Shown here: one piece after another, positions 1-8,011 of the stretch
How the letters are laid out: each line of letters starts with the position of its first letter
Position numbering within the stretch: the stretch's first letter is position 1
Assembly: GCF_020969955.1 (NCBI RefSeq)
Contig: NZ_JAHDSX010000055.1
Coordinates: 1-13,512, forward strand
Reading direction: 5' to 3'
Source: Allobaculum fili
Lineage (GTDB): Bacteria; Bacillota_I; Bacilli_A; Erysipelotrichales; Erysipelotrichaceae
Length of the DNA stretch: 13,512 nt
Position numbers and translations under genes: made by a program
The notes under the pieces: model-generated
Seen by the model: the letters and a program-made list of their open reading frames with translations, nothing else
Told to the model about the DNA's origin: nothing
Databases searched by the model: none

Positions 1-49
1 CTTTGGAGAAATCGATACCGAGATCGATTGCAGGGATGATTGATTCCAT
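1..49 (-). CDS. Partial CDS (first 16 codons, MESIIPAIDLGIDFSK) reading leftwards out of the window; probably an IS110-family DEDD transposase.
   Basis: The ATG (reverse complement) lies at 47..49, with AAGGAGG 7 nt upstream on the minus strand. The motif L-G-I-D-F-S-K matches the G-I-D-[VIF]-[SA]-K N-terminal signature, which holds the first Asp of the DEDD motif in IS110-family transposases. Only 16 residues are visible, so the family call is tentative. Confidence 0.4.
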   Translation of the reverse strand, partial: MESIIPAIDLGIDFSK

Positions 50-56
50 GAAAAAG

Positions 57-88
57 CCTCCTTGAATAAAGGAATTATCCCAAGGAGG
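57..88 (-). promoter_or_regulatory. RBS-sequestering hairpin in the leader of the outward-reading gene (left copy).
   Basis: On the sense (minus) strand, CCTCCTTG pairs perfectly (8 bp) with CAAGGAGG across a 16-nt loop. CAAGGAGG is the Shine-Dalgarno sequence itself and sits 7 nt before the ATG. Confidence 0.45.
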
Positions 89-151
89 CGGTCGAGAAAA
101 TACCCGTCTTTTATTTGACGCTTACCGTTCGCACCTCTGGCAGCTCATGCG

Positions 152-190
152 CAAATCAAAAGCCGTCGGAATCAGCATTCCAGACGGCTT
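152..190 (-). terminator. Rho-independent terminator of mscL.
   Basis: The minus-strand RNA reads AAGCCGUC-U-GGAAU GCUG AUUCC GACGGCUU, a 13-bp stem with one bulge. The stem runs into UUGAUUUG and lies about 40 nt after the mscL stop. Confidence 0.8.
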
Positions 191-231
191 GAATGAAATT
201 CGGAATTGTAAAAGGATCGAAATTCGAAACC

Positions 232-651
232 CTATTTGGCGGCGTTTTCCTTGGCCAGCAGGTCGCGGATCTCTTCGAGAAGAACCAGCTGAGGATCCGG
301 CTTTTCTTCTTCGGCCGGTTTTTCCTCTTCTTTTTTCTTCTTGAGCGCATCGGCTTTGGCGCGGGCCGTATTGATGGCTTTGACCATGCAGAATACGACG
401 AGGGCGATGATCAGGAAGTTGAGGATAGCCTGAAGGAAGAGGCCGTACTGCAGTTTTGCGGAGGCGATGGTCACGGACAGATCGGCAATGTTGACACCGG
501 CACAGATCATGCCGACGACAGGCGTAATGATGTCGGTAACGAGGGAGTTGACGATGGCAGTGAAGGCGGAACCCATGATGATACCTACAGCCATATCCAC
601 AACGTTGCCGCGCGAGATAAATTCTTTGAACTCGCTGACGAATTTGCTCAT
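232..651 (-). CDS. mscL: Large-conductance mechanosensitive channel MscL.
   Basis: The ORF is 139 aa. Its N-terminus, MSKFVSEFKEFISRGNVVDMAVGIIMGSAFTAIVNSLV, is the conserved MscL S1/TM1 signature. A second TM helix follows, then a charged KKKKEEEK linker and a C-terminal helix. AAGGAG lies upstream and a terminator downstream. Confidence 0.95.
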   Translation of the reverse strand: MSKFVSEFKEFISRGNVVDMAVGIIMGSAFTAIVNSLVTDIITPVVGMICAGVNIADLSVTIASAKLQYGLFLQAILNFLIIALVVFCMVKAINTARAKADALKKKKEEEKPAEEEKPDPQLVLLEEIRDLLAKENAAK

Positions 652-693
652 TGTTGGAAAATCTCCTTTTCTTTTCTGTATTTTACTGAACGT

Positions 694-1164
694 CTAAGAA
701 GATTTTGGAAGAATCGACCGTATTCCAATCAGATCTCCGTCTTTATCCAGCCAAAGAATACTTTTTTGCGCGTCGTAGTCCACAATGCGAAGCCTTGTCC
801 CGTATTCCTTTTCCAGACGGCGCTTGAGCGCCAGCGTTTCCTTTAGCGGAAGCTGCAGATCCAGAATCGAAAAAGCTTCCAGAAACTGCCGGGAGGAGCG
901 GGTGATGACCACATTGCCTTCAAAGCCTTCCGGATTGCGGTCCGTACAGATCAGCGAAAGCGAAGAGCGCGGGTCGCGCCAGACGAGCGAATATTCCAGA
1001 GGAAAAAGCTGATGACAGCCCTGACACTGGTGCATGAAGTAGGTTCCGTCTTTGAGCCGCTGATACTCCGTGCTTTTCTCATCGCGAATGAGATAGGTAT
1101 CGCGCGAGAGGTAGAAGGAGCGCCCGCAGTGCGGACAGGTAAACGAAAAGAGCCGTTTTTTCAT
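694..1164 (-). CDS. CpXC-type zinc-ribbon domain protein of unknown function.
   Basis: The ORF is 156 aa with an N-terminal CPHCG...(32 aa)...CQGCH pair of Cys knuckles, as in CpXC-domain proteins. It has no TM segment. It sits tightly between the aminopeptidase gene (12-nt gap) and mscL. Confidence 0.6.
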   Translation of the reverse strand: MKKRLFSFTCPHCGRSFYLSRDTYLIRDEKSTEYQRLKDGTYFMHQCQGCHQLFPLEYSLVWRDPRSSLSLICTDRNPEGFEGNVVITRSSRQFLEAFSILDLQLPLKETLALKRRLEKEYGTRLRIVDYDAQKSILWLDKDGDLIGIRSILPKSS

Positions 1165-1176
1165 TCGATTTTGAAT

Positions 1177-2958
1177 TTACGCGTGAATGGGGCGGGTCTT
1201 TTCGTACAGCCAGGCGGCTTCTTCTTCATTCAGACGCGGCGAAATTTCGTCATAGACACGCTGATGATAGGCATTGAGCCAGTCGATCTCGTTCTGTTCC
1301 ATTTCTTTTACGTTGAGACCGCGAACATCAAACGGAACGAGCGTCAGCGCATCGTGCCTGTAAAACTGTCCGAATTCGGTTTCAAATGCCGGAACGGTAA
1401 CGAGCAGGTTTTCGTGACGAATGCCGTACTTGCCTTCGACATACAGACCCGGTTCATCGGAAGTCACCATGCCCGGCATCAGAACGCAGGAATCCTTGCG
1501 TTCCGGAACAATCCGCCAGCGGAAGCCGTTTGGACCTTCGTGTACGCTGAGCACATGACCGACACCATGACCAGTGCCGTGGTTGAAGTCCAGACCGTTT
1601 TTCCAGAGCGGTTCACGGGCGGTAATATCGAGGTTCAGACCGCGGGCGCCCGCCGGGAATACGGCTTTTTCCAGAGCAATGTGTCCCTGCAGCACACGGG
1701 TGAACGCTTCTTTTTCTTCATCCGTCAGATCGCCGACCACAAACGTACGGGTGATATCGGTAGTACCTGGGTAATAATGTCCGCCGGAGTCCACGAGATA
1801 CAGACCGCGGTTTTCAATCACGACGGGATGTTCGTGATCCGGATGATAGTGCGGCATCGACGCATTCGCGCCATACGCAGAAATGGTTGTGAACGATTCT
1901 TCAATAAAGTCCGGCTGAGCGGCACGGAATTCGTGCAGCTGATCGGCAGCCGATGTTTCGGTCAACACATGACCGGCTTTCATTTCGTCTTCCAGCCACT
2001 TCCAGAAGCGGATCATCGCCACCGCGTCCTGCTTGTGCGCTTCACGGAATCCGTTAACTTCGGTTTCGTTTTTGCAGGCTTTCATCAGCTGGATCGGGTT
2101 ATCCTGCCAGATCGGGTTTTCAATCGAACGTCCAATGCGGGAGTTGATGAAGTCGCGATCCATCAGAACCGGTCCTTCCAGAGCTTTTGCATCGTCGTAG
2201 ACCTGATCGTACGGTGCCGTGCGAATGCCGGCTTTTTTCAGGAGTTGGGCACTTGTCGCATCGAGGCGGCTTTCATCGATATAAAGCGTTCCGCCGTCTT
2301 CATCGACAATCGTGTAGGCCAGAGCGACTGGGAAGCTTGGAATATCGTGGGCACGCAGATTATAGAGCCAGGCTACTTCGTCGATCTTGTTGGTAACATG
2401 ATGACGGGCGCCGGCTTTGTTCATGGCCTCACGCAGTTCGGACAGTTTTTCTTCCATGGATTTTCCGGTGTATTTTTCATCGAAATGGGACGTTTCTGTT
2501 GCGGGGAGTTCCGGGCGATCCGGCCAGGCTTCGCCGGCCAGATCCAGACTGGTTTCAATCCGGATGTTCTTTTCGTTCATGCGATCCTGATACTTTTCAA
2601 AGGCATGCATGGAAATGCAGCGGCCGTCGAACGCCAGCGTTCCGCCGTTGTCGACATGATCGAGAATGTACTGTTCAATCGATGGCGTTTCGGGCATGCC
2701 CATTTTCATCAGGTCTACACCAGAGTCTTTCAGCTCCTGGGCAGCCTGCAGGAAATAGCGGCCATCGGTCCAAAGACCCGCCTGATCCTTCAGAACGACC
2801 AGAACGCCGGCACTTCCGGTAAATCCGGAGAAGTGCTTTCTTGCGCCAAAATAGTCGCAGACATATTCGGTATCGTGGAAGTCCGAAGTCGGAATGATGA
2901 CGGCATCCACGTTATGCTCAGCCATTTTTTCTCTGAGCAGTTTTAAAGGTTGATTCAT
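1177..2958 (-). CDS. Xaa-Pro aminopeptidase (aminopeptidase P family, peptidase M24B, long three-domain form).
   Basis: The ORF is 593 aa. Creatinase/prolidase-like N-terminal domains are followed by a pita-bread catalytic domain. The M24B metal-ligand motifs are present: VDSGGHYYPGTTDITRT, HGTGHGVGHVLSVHEGP, VTSDEPGLY and GIRHENL. Confidence 0.9.
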   Translation of the reverse strand: MNQPLKLLREKMAEHNVDAVIIPTSDFHDTEYVCDYFGARKHFSGFTGSAGVLVVLKDQAGLWTDGRYFLQAAQELKDSGVDLMKMGMPETPSIEQYILDHVDNGGTLAFDGRCISMHAFEKYQDRMNEKNIRIETSLDLAGEAWPDRPELPATETSHFDEKYTGKSMEEKLSELREAMNKAGARHHVTNKIDEVAWLYNLRAHDIPSFPVALAYTIVDEDGGTLYIDESRLDATSAQLLKKAGIRTAPYDQVYDDAKALEGPVLMDRDFINSRIGRSIENPIWQDNPIQLMKACKNETEVNGFREAHKQDAVAMIRFWKWLEDEMKAGHVLTETSAADQLHEFRAAQPDFIEESFTTISAYGANASMPHYHPDHEHPVVIENRGLYLVDSGGHYYPGTTDITRTFVVGDLTDEEKEAFTRVLQGHIALEKAVFPAGARGLNLDITAREPLWKNGLDFNHGTGHGVGHVLSVHEGPNGFRWRIVPERKDSCVLMPGMVTSDEPGLYVEGKYGIRHENLLVTVPAFETEFGQFYRHDALTLVPFDVRGLNVKEMEQNEIDWLNAYHQRVYDEISPRLNEEEAAWLYEKTRPIHA

Positions 2959-3473
2959 CGGTTGGTCCCTTCTTTCTGAACCCCATTATAGAAGAGCAAA
3001 CGCCCAACCGGCCAATTCCCGGCCTGAATCGCCCAATTGGACCGGTTATCGCTTTCGCCGGACACCGTTTTGGCTCCTTTGGATTTTTTCGGTTTCCACC
3101 GGGGAATTCAGGTTTGATTTTGTTTCCATTCGTTTTCGGGGTACTTTTCTCTGGCGGCTGTCTCCTGAAGCTTTCCCTTACAGATTGCTCTTCCCGCCTC
3201 CTTTTTTGCCTCTTCTTTTTACCGATCGTTTCTTTGTTCATCGGCTGACCGTTTGTTTTTCCAGGATGGCCGATAACCGCTTCGTTTGCCTGCGGTCAGC
3301 CCGGCAGCAGCCGGAAGGCGCTGCGCTGGTATCCCGTATCCTTTTGGATTCCCTTCTGAAAATCCTTGTCCCGGTTCGAATCGTCACTCTTCTCCAAAGT
3401 CTTCTCCGAATTTTTCTCAGAGACCCATCCCCAGATTCTCGTGCGGATCTTTCGCAGTCTCCGTCTTCTTTTT

Positions 3474-3504
3474 TCCAACACAAAAACGCACCGCGAGGGT
3501 GCGT
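3474..3504 (-). terminator. Rho-independent terminator of the 3543..4559 membrane-protein gene.
   Basis: The minus-strand RNA reads ACGCACC CUCGC GGUGCGU followed by UUUUUGUGUU. It begins 39 nt after the stop codon. Confidence 0.75.
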
Positions 3505-3542
3505 TCCGTTTCAAAAATTCAAGAAGGGGTCTCGATCCGAAC

Positions 3543-4559
3543 TTAAACCTGAACGGGCGCCGTGTTGGGATCGGCGAGATTGTTTGGATCGATGCCTGGA
3601 TCGACCGGAGTTTCTGGCGGGATCGCATTGGGATCCGGCTGTACCTCAGGATTTTCTTCCGGATTCGGTACCGGTTCTTCCGGCTGCGGCTCCGCCTGGG
3701 TTTCCGACTGCTGAGAGGAAGGCTGATCGGGTTTGTTTTCTTCTTCCTGCGGTTTTCGCTCTTCCAGCTCTTTTTCAAACGCTTTGGCGTCTTCCCGGCT
3801 CATCGGCTTATTTTTCACTTCTTCGCTGATGCGCTGTTCGGGGGCCACGTTGTAAATGTTATCGAGGCCGGTCGGGCCGAAGATCGCGAATACCGCCATG
3901 AAAAGGCAGAGCAGAATCGTCTTCACAATATAGAAGCCGACGTTGCGAGCCGGATACGTGTTTTCCAGACGCATGTACTTGAACTGGCGCCACAGAAAGA
4001 ACAGCGGCGTAATGAGTAGCAGCGTCTGCAGCAAATACGCTCCCGGGTTGACCGAGTTAAGGTAATACATCACATCGAAAGCGGCACGGGATTCGATCGC
4101 GTTCGCAAAGAAGAAGGAACGAATCCAGAGCACGTAATGGTTGTAAAAGCCCATGGTCGAAAGCAGACCGATGCCAAATACGAGCGTGGTAAAGAAGATG
4201 ATCGTCCGTTTGATCTTTTTGTTTGTGACCGCCGTCATACGAATCGCGCGCGAAAGCGAGCAAATGTACGTCACAATGAGCCATCCCAGATAAATCCATG
4301 GAGAATACGGAATCCAGGGCGCCAGGATACAGAAGACGATACTCAGAAACAGGAAAATGTTTCCAAGCGTGTCCGTCCTCGAATGCCATCGGCGGATTTT
4401 GCGAATTCCAAACGTGCGGAAGGAAAACGGCGTAGTCAGAATCGACTGCCAGCGCAGCGGGATGAAGATACCGATAATCGCCACGATCAGAACGATCACG
4501 GTATACAGCAGAGCCTGACTGTACTGGGGCGTCTTGAGAATAGTCGTTAAAATATTCAT
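3543..4559 (-). CDS. Uncharacterised multi-pass membrane protein with a C-terminal acidic Pro/Glu-rich tail.
   Basis: The long ORF has about 7 hydrophobic helices. The final ~95 aa are low-complexity (EEENKPDQPSSQQSETQAEPQPEEPVPNPEENPEVQPDPN...). I chose the ATG at 4559, which has GGAG 6 nt upstream. The ORF-track start at 4571 has no SD and sits immediately after a hairpin. I recognise no family. Confidence 0.7.
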   Translation of the reverse strand: MNILTTILKTPQYSQALLYTVIVLIVAIIGIFIPLRWQSILTTPFSFRTFGIRKIRRWHSRTDTLGNIFLFLSIVFCILAPWIPYSPWIYLGWLIVTYICSLSRAIRMTAVTNKKIKRTIIFFTTLVFGIGLLSTMGFYNHYVLWIRSFFFANAIESRAAFDVMYYLNSVNPGAYLLQTLLLITPLFFLWRQFKYMRLENTYPARNVGFYIVKTILLCLFMAVFAIFGPTGLDNIYNVAPEQRISEEVKNKPMSREDAKAFEKELEERKPQEEENKPDQPSSQQSETQAEPQPEEPVPNPEENPEVQPDPNAIPPETPVDPGIDPNNLADPNTAPVQV

Positions 4560-4578
4560 AACATGCTCCATAACGAAA

Positions 4579-4599
4579 GCCTGGAGAGTGGCTCCAGGC
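4579..4599 (-). promoter_or_regulatory. Leader hairpin between the predicted promoter and the start of the 3543..4559 gene.
   Basis: GCCTGGAG agtgg CTCCAGGC forms a perfect 8-bp GC-rich stem. On the minus strand it is followed by UUUCGUU and then the ATG codons. It could be a weak attenuator or an mRNA-stabilising 5' hairpin. Confidence 0.3.
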
Positions 4600-4604
4600 C
4601 GTGA

Positions 4605-4634
4605 ATTGTAAAAAAGTTCTTTCCTATTCTACAA
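4605..4634 (-). promoter_or_regulatory. Sigma-A-type promoter candidate for the 3543..4559 gene.
   Basis: The minus strand reads TTGTAG (4634..4629), an 18-nt spacer, then TACAAT (4610..4605). This lies about 35 nt upstream of the ATG region. Confidence 0.5.
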
Positions 4635-4705
4635 CGCGATTCGGAGTATGGGAAAGTCTGATCTTTTTCCGACGCTATTGAGTCGTCCCAGCAGATCCGA
4701 TCCGC

Positions 4706-5539
4706 TTAGCTGATTCGAGGTTCGTTTTTTCGGTTTCCAAACACCTGACCATGCCATACGTACGCCAGCGCGAATACGACTGCACACACGAGCAGCACGC
4801 TCCATGGCGAAACCGTAATCGCCCCGGGCCAGTTCATTCGGCCGACATAATCCGAACCCAGAAAGCCGATCAGGCAAAGTACGATCGTCAGCCACCGTTT
4901 CCAGCCTTTTGGATAGCGGGCAATGCAGGCGATGAGCAGTTTAGCGACCACGTAGACGCCAAGTGCGGAAATCAGATCACCAGGACCGAAGTGCATCGTC
5001 ATCGGCAGCGCTTCATGCGCGAAAAACGGATCCATCCAGAGATTGATCAATACCTGCTTGATGGCAATCCAGAGCGGAACGAACAGAAGCAGATCCATAC
5101 CTTCTCGAACCCAGTGACTCGTTTTCTTTTTTGCCTTTTCCGCTTGCAAAGTCTGACGCGCCTGCTCGAGCGTCTTGGAAAGCCGGGTTTCCAGCGGTTC
5201 TGGTTCCATTCCTGGTTCCTGCTCTTGTTCCTGTTCACGTTCCTGTTCAAATTTCTGTTCCGGTTTGGCATCGGTTTGATCCGGATTGTTGATGATGGTG
5301 ACCGCGCTTGCTTTCTTACTTACCGTAAGTGAATTGGTCGATCCGCTTGGATGAGCTGGACTGGGTGCATCCAGAGCGCAGACTGTGCTGACCAGATCGC
5401 CGCAAAGCTGCCTCGTCAGATCAAGCGACAGATTGGCTTCCCGAATCTGAATCAGAACCGGCAGCGCATCTGCTCTCGAAAAGCCCGGCAGTCGATACGA
5501 TTCGACTGCCGGTAAATAAATATAGGTATAGAGATTCAT
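4706..5539 (-). CDS. Uncharacterised membrane protein with a soluble N-terminal domain, a Glu/Gln-rich linker and a C-terminal 4-TM region.
   Basis: The ORF is 277 aa. Its start lies 2 nt after the stop of the upstream MscS-family gene, with AAGGAAA upstream. The centre holds an EQEREQEQEQEPGMEPEP low-complexity segment, and the C-terminal half has about 4 hydrophobic helices. I recognise no family. Confidence 0.7.
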   Translation of the reverse strand: MNLYTYIYLPAVESYRLPGFSRADALPVLIQIREANLSLDLTRQLCGDLVSTVCALDAPSPAHPSGSTNSLTVSKKASAVTIINNPDQTDAKPEQKFEQEREQEQEQEPGMEPEPLETRLSKTLEQARQTLQAEKAKKKTSHWVREGMDLLLFVPLWIAIKQVLINLWMDPFFAHEALPMTMHFGPGDLISALGVYVVAKLLIACIARYPKGWKRWLTIVLCLIGFLGSDYVGRMNWPGAITVSPWSVLLVCAVVFALAYVWHGQVFGNRKNEPRIS

Positions 5540-5541
5540 GC

Positions 5542-6366
5542 TTAATTTCCTTTGGTCTCCTTTACGCCTGCAGGAGCAGAAGAAAGGGTGATGACATCCG
5601 TCGGTGCTGCCAGGGCAAGGCTGCTTCGGATTTTCTGAATTTCCTCCTGCAAAGCAAACTTCATATCCCAGAACTGTTCGATCGTGGAGTAGCAGACCAG
5701 ATTGATTTCCATACCGCTGCCGTCGGCCAGATAATCGCCGATCTGGGTTTTCGGTTTTGGATCCTTGAGCACGTACGGGCAGGCTTCCATCGCCTTTTGC
5801 GCTTCACTTCGAAATTCCTGTGGATCCACAAACAGACTGACCGGAACCTTGATGACAAGACGCCGGGAAGGATAGCACGAATAGTTGGTAATGGAATTGG
5901 AAATCAGAACGGTATTGGGAATAACCACTTCCTGATTATCGAACGTTTCCAGGGTAGTAAACATGATTTCAATCGAAACCACTGTGCCTTCACACTCGTT
6001 GCAGGCAATATAGTCTCCCACTTTAAACGGCTTGGTAATCAGAATCTGCAGACCGCTGGCTACGTTGGACATGTTGTCCTTTAATGCCAGAGAAATGCCA
6101 AGGCCTAATGCGGAAAATGCGCCGACAGCTACCGACATATCCACACCGATCTGGCCTAAGGCAATAATAATCGCAATGATGCGAATCAGAATGTTCGCCA
6201 GCGATCCGGTAAATGTCAGTACGCCTTCATCCACACCTTTTCGATTGTGCAGACGCAAAATCAGACGCTTAACCGCAGGTCCTAAAAAGAAACCGATCAC
6301 CAGTTCAATCGTGGCCGCAAGAAGCTTCATCAAGAAATTGTTATGAATAAACTGTTCCCAGCTCAT
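5542..6366 (-). CDS. mscS: Small-conductance mechanosensitive channel (MscS family).
   Basis: Three N-terminal TM helices are followed by the MscS beta-domain signature KPFKVGDYIACNECEGTVVSIEIMFTTLETFDNQEVVIPNTVLISNSITNYS. I prefer the ATG at 6366 (AAGGAG 9 nt upstream) over the TTG at 6369 used in the ORF track. Confidence 0.9.
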   Translation of the reverse strand: MSWEQFIHNNFLMKLLAATIELVIGFFLGPAVKRLILRLHNRKGVDEGVLTFTGSLANILIRIIAIIIALGQIGVDMSVAVGAFSALGLGISLALKDNMSNVASGLQILITKPFKVGDYIACNECEGTVVSIEIMFTTLETFDNQEVVIPNTVLISNSITNYSCYPSRRLVIKVPVSLFVDPQEFRSEAQKAMEACPYVLKDPKPKTQIGDYLADGSGMEINLVCYSTIEQFWDMKFALQEEIQKIRSSLALAAPTDVITLSSAPAGVKETKGN

Positions 6367-6423
6367 CAATCCTCACTCCTTTCCAAAATTTGCAGAATTG
6401 GGATGGGACGGGTAAAACCGACA

Positions 6424-6460
6424 GAAAAAAACTGTGCCATACCATAAGGATACAGCACAG
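6424..6460 (-). terminator. Rho-independent terminator of gltX.
   Basis: The minus-strand RNA has a CUGUGC...GCACAG stem followed by a run of seven U. It begins 37 nt after the gltX stop. Confidence 0.7.
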
Positions 6461-6497
6461 TAATGGTTTAAGTCGGAACGATTCCTGAAGGAAACGA

Positions 6498-7958
6498 CTA
6501 GGCGAGCACCTCTTCGAGACGCGCGATTCCCTGATCAATTCGAGCGAGGGATTCGTCTTTGCCCAGGATATGCACGATTTCAATCGCGCCGCCCGGGGTG
6601 AACTGCTTGCCGGATACGGCAGTACGTACAGGCCAGAGAACCTGCCCGTTTTTCATGCCCATTTCCTTTGGCAGAGCAAGCAGAGTTTCGTGAACGTTTT
6701 CTTCTGTCCAGTCCTGAATACCGGCAATGGCTTCACGCGCGGCTTTCAGTGCGGTCAGGGCCGTTTCCGGTGTGGATTTCATTTTCTTGTGACGATACAT
6801 CTCGAGATCGTAGTCGCCTGGCTGATCAAAGAAATCAACAGCCTCTTCGATCTGGTTGAGAATATCGATACGCGGCTGGATGATCTTCGCGATTTCACGA
6901 TGGGAATACGGACCTTTGACAGCTTTTTCCAGATACGGTCTAACCGTTTCAAAGTATGTATCCTCATCCATGCTGCGCAGATAGACGCCGTTCATCCAGG
7001 TCAGTTTGTCGATATCGAAAATCGCCGGAGAGCGGGAAATGCGGGATACATCGAAGACATCGATCAGCTCTTCGAGCGTGTAGATCTCCTGCTCCGTTGG
7101 CGGTGCCCAGCCCAGCAGCGCAATGTAGTTGATAATGGCAGCGGGCAGATAGCCTTTGGCTACGAGATCCTGGAAGGACGCATCGCCGTTACGCTTGGAC
7201 AGCTTATGCTTCTCATCTTTCATTACGGGCGGAACGTGAACATAAGTAGGTCTTTCCCATCCATACGCGTCATAAATCAGGTTGTATTTCGGGGTCGAAG
7301 ACAGGTATTCGTTGCCGCGAACAACGTGGCTGATTTCCATCGTGTGGTCATCGATGATGTTGGCGAAGTTATACGTAGGATAGCCGTCGGATTTCAGCAG
7401 GATCTGCTCGTCGAGCAGGTCGCCGTCAAATTCGATGTGGCCGTAAACCATGTCATCAAAGGATGTTTCTCCGACATTGGAAATGGTCTGACGAATAACA
7501 AACGGATCACCGCGATCGATACGCTCCTGCACTTCCTTGGCATCAAGATGCTTGCAGGGATCGTCAAACTTGAAGGAAATACCGAGGGATTCAGCTTCCT
7601 TGCGCTGCGCTTCAATTTCCTCTTCCGAGCAGAAGCAGTAGTGGGCATGGCCGGTTTTTACGAGTTCTTCGGCATAGCCTTTATACATAGGAAGACGCTC
7701 AGACTGAATATACGGTCCGAAATTGCCGCCGATATCTGGTCCTTCGTCCCAGTTCAGGCCGACATCTTTCAGAGTTTTATAAATAATATCTACTGCGCCT
7801 TCGACTTTTCGTCCCTGGTCCGTATCTTCAATACGAAGCAGGAAGTCGCCGTTATCGTGTTTGGCAATCAGATACTCAAACAGAGCTGTACGCAGGTTGC
7901 CAATGTGCATATAGCCAGTCGGAGATGGGGCAAAACGAGTTCTAACTTTACGAGACAA
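6498..7958 (-). CDS. gltX: Glutamate--tRNA ligase (glutamyl-tRNA synthetase).
   Basis: The class I HIGH-region motif RTRFAPSPTGYMHIGNLRTALFEYL and the KMSKS-type motif KLSKRNG are present, and the ORF has full-length GltX architecture. I placed the start at the TTG at 7958, with AAGGAG (7973..7968) 9 nt upstream. The ORF-track ATG at 7982 has no SD and lies upstream of the predicted transcription start. Confidence 0.95.
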   Translation of the reverse strand: MSRKVRTRFAPSPTGYMHIGNLRTALFEYLIAKHDNGDFLLRIEDTDQGRKVEGAVDIIYKTLKDVGLNWDEGPDIGGNFGPYIQSERLPMYKGYAEELVKTGHAHYCFCSEEEIEAQRKEAESLGISFKFDDPCKHLDAKEVQERIDRGDPFVIRQTISNVGETSFDDMVYGHIEFDGDLLDEQILLKSDGYPTYNFANIIDDHTMEISHVVRGNEYLSSTPKYNLIYDAYGWERPTYVHVPPVMKDEKHKLSKRNGDASFQDLVAKGYLPAAIINYIALLGWAPPTEQEIYTLEELIDVFDVSRISRSPAIFDIDKLTWMNGVYLRSMDEDTYFETVRPYLEKAVKGPYSHREIAKIIQPRIDILNQIEEAVDFFDQPGDYDLEMYRHKKMKSTPETALTALKAAREAIAGIQDWTEENVHETLLALPKEMGMKNGQVLWPVRTAVSGKQFTPGGAIEIVHILGKDESLARIDQGIARLEEVLA

Positions 7959-7982
7959 AACAATCAACTCCTTAACATACAA

Positions 7983-8011
7983 ATCTTAATGGATTATTTT
8001 CCTTTTGACAA
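7983..8011 (-). promoter_or_regulatory. Sigma-A-type promoter candidate for gltX.
   Basis: The minus strand reads TTGTCA (8011..8006), a 17-nt spacer, then TAAGAT (7988..7983). This implies a short leader that contains the AAGGAG RBS. Confidence 0.5.

Larger units (their letters stand above)
1..125 (-). mobile_element. End fragment of a putative IS110-family insertion sequence, comprising the non-coding end plus the 5' end of the transposase gene. It runs out of the window and is a perfect inverted copy of 13389..13512.
   Basis: A base-by-base comparison shows 2..125 is the exact reverse complement of 13389..13512. Identity stops at 126 (c, versus a as the complement of 13388). The fragment contains a leader, an RBS and an outward-reading ORF start with an IS110-like GIDxSK N-terminus. 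The true element length is unknown because it leaves the window. Confidence 0.5.

Noticed and set aside
1-49. The terminal 16-aa peptide read as the phosphate-1 motif (xIDLGxxxx) of an actin-like/ASKHA ATPase.
   Set aside because: This remains possible. However, the second motif, GIDFSK, together with the presence of two identical inverted copies at a gene-disrupting junction, fits an IS110-type transposase better. It stays an open alternative in the main finding.
1012-2946. A 644-aa plus-strand ORF.
   Set aside because: It is the antisense shadow of the aminopeptidase gene. Its product matches no family and has an odd composition (rich in F, R, V and G). The opposite strand carries a full set of M24B motifs.
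2918-3483. Two tiled minus-strand ORFs (3238..3483, 81 aa, and 2918..3241, 107 aa) in the long spacer, joined by an ATGA overlap.
   Set aside because: Their extremely basic Arg/Lys-rich products are what purine-rich DNA yields in any frame. Neither has an SD, and the second overlaps the aminopeptidase start by 41 nt. I treat the region as non-coding (see the finding), not as genes.
5195-5265. Repetitive GAACAG/GAGCAG-type DNA, considered as a tandem repeat or CRISPR-like array.
   Set aside because: It is in-frame coding low complexity (EQEREQEQEQE) within the 277-aa ORF. There is no repeat-spacer organisation.
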